A DNA stretch of 64,000 nt from Desulfatiglandales bacterium (GTDB lineage: Bacteria > Desulfobacterota > DSM-4660 > Desulfatiglandales > HGW-15). Position numbers and translations under genes: made by a program. The notes under the pieces were generated by a model that saw nothing but the letters and a program-made list of their open reading frames with translations, searched no databases and was not told the origin of the DNA. The DNA is taken from positions 2,080,001 through 2,144,000 of the forward strand of contig CAXXJJ010000001.1 of assembly GCA_963667015.2 (NCBI GenBank), in the 5' to 3' direction. Below are positions 63,076 to 64,000 of this stretch, in pieces; position 1 is the stretch's first letter; the number at the start of each line of letters is the position of its first letter.

Positions 63076-63998
63076 GAAACCACCACTATATCTTTTTGAT
63101 TGTTCATGGATAGTTGCGGAAGGCCCGCTTTTACAGTAATTTCTGCCACGTATTTAATGATTTCCTTTGCTTTTCTCCTGTCAGCGATCACAGGACGACC
63201 TGGAGGTTCCACATAAACAGGAATAAATCCTGCTTCAATCCCGCCACTATTATAAAAGCGTACACATCCGAGCATACTGTTTACTGCCTGTGGATGAAAG
63301 GGTGCGAGATAATATTCGGGATCTGGTTCGAATCCAAATAACTCTTTTCGTTTCAAGGCCCAGTCAGCGCGTAAAGGATGGTCCTGATGGGGACTGAGTG
63401 CACGTGTTACGACGCAGCCGTTGCCCAATCCGTGAAAAATCGGTTTTTCCCTGTATATTTCTATGCCTCTGATAATGTGGGCATGATGACTGATGACAAT
63501 ATCAGCCCCCGCATCGATAGCTGCATGGGCAACCGGTTGCTCATATGGTGCAAGAAGGCCTGGTGTATGTACAATGCCCTTATGCAGCGCAACTATAAGG
63601 ATGTCTGCATTCTCTTTGGCTGAAATGATATCCTGCTGCATTGAGCAGAGTGAATCTAATGATACTTTTTCAAGGGGTGCAGAAGGTGTAACAGGGGCTC
63701 CGTTGACAGTATCGACCTTTACATAGGCAACTCCTGCAGTTGTTTCTGTTGCCCAGCCCTGTTCCGGGCCGACACAGTTATAGCTGAGTATTGAAATTCG
63801 CTTTTTGGAAACTGAAAGAACCGCCGGGCGGCGTGCTTCGTTCAGATCAACACCTGCGCCGCAACACGCCATGCCCAGCCGGTTCACCCCCCCCTTTGTG
63901 TCAATAATTCCTTCCTCACCGCAGTCGGACATATGATTGCCGGCAAGGGTGAGTGCGCTAAATCCAGCCTTAAACAGGGCAGCCAGATGATCCGGGTC
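63072..63998 (-). CDS. CapA/PGA_cap-family metallophosphoesterase (5' end outside window)
   Basis: Frame open to the window edge (DPDHLAALFKAGFSALTLAGNHMSD). LHKG, DAGADIVISHHAH, GLGN motifs. Confidence 0.88.
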   Translation of the reverse strand, partial: DPDHLAALFKAGFSALTLAGNHMSDCGEEGIIDTKGGVNRLGMACCGAGVDLNEARRPAVLSVSKKRISILSYNCVGPEQGWATETTAGVAYVKVDTVNGAPVTPSAPLEKVSLDSLCSMQQDIISAKENADILIVALHKGIVHTPGLLAPYEQPVAHAAIDAGADIVISHHAHIIRGIEIYREKPIFHGLGNGCVVTRALSPHQDHPLRADWALKRKELFGFEPDPEYYLAPFHPQAVNSMLGCVRFYNSGGIEAGFIPVYVEPPGRPVIADRRKAKEIIKYVAEITVKAGLPQLSMNNQKDIVVVS

Positions 63999-64000
63999 AG

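Noticed and set aside
63072..63998. capA as evidence of poly-gamma-glutamate capsule synthesis
   Set aside because: No capB/capC in the visible operon and the context is catabolic; genes beyond the window edge cannot be seen.

Overview
Bacterial chromosomal window. The core gene order (mreBCD-mrdA-rodA-bactofilin, an atp operon with two b subunits but no atpB/atpE, zapB-zapA-rny) suggests a Desulfobacterota/'deltaproteobacterial' host; this is inference. There are three parts. (1) 1-6.5 kb is accessory: the 3' end of an Rhs/YD-repeat polymorphic toxin with a hydrophobic C-terminal tip and a membrane immunity candidate, two related decayed REP-associated tyrosine transposase (RAYT) units with GTAG-type REPs, an intact IS1380 (19-bp IRs, TTAA target duplication) and a cupin gene. 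(2) 6.9-32.6 kb is housekeeping: thiC, mnmE-jag-yidC-yidD-rnpA-rpmH, mreBCD-mrdA-rodA, atpF'FHAGDC, zapB/zapA, rny, usp and polA. (3) 32.8-64 kb is a catabolic island. It holds an L-arabinose module (kinase, LacI regulator with two clear palindromic operators, araD, a doubly frameshifted GH51 arabinofuranosidase, a YtfQRT/YjfF-like ABC importer, araA), a run of five esterases/hydrolases with a flavin oxidoreductase and a transporter, and a tightly coupled operon of CapA-like metallophosphoesterase, TRAP transporter, two class III CoA-transferases and a 2-hydroxyacyl-CoA dehydratase-like pair with eroded Fe-S ligands. That last operon is the best candidate for an undescribed pathway. All calls come from reading the sequence and motifs by eye; no database searches were run.
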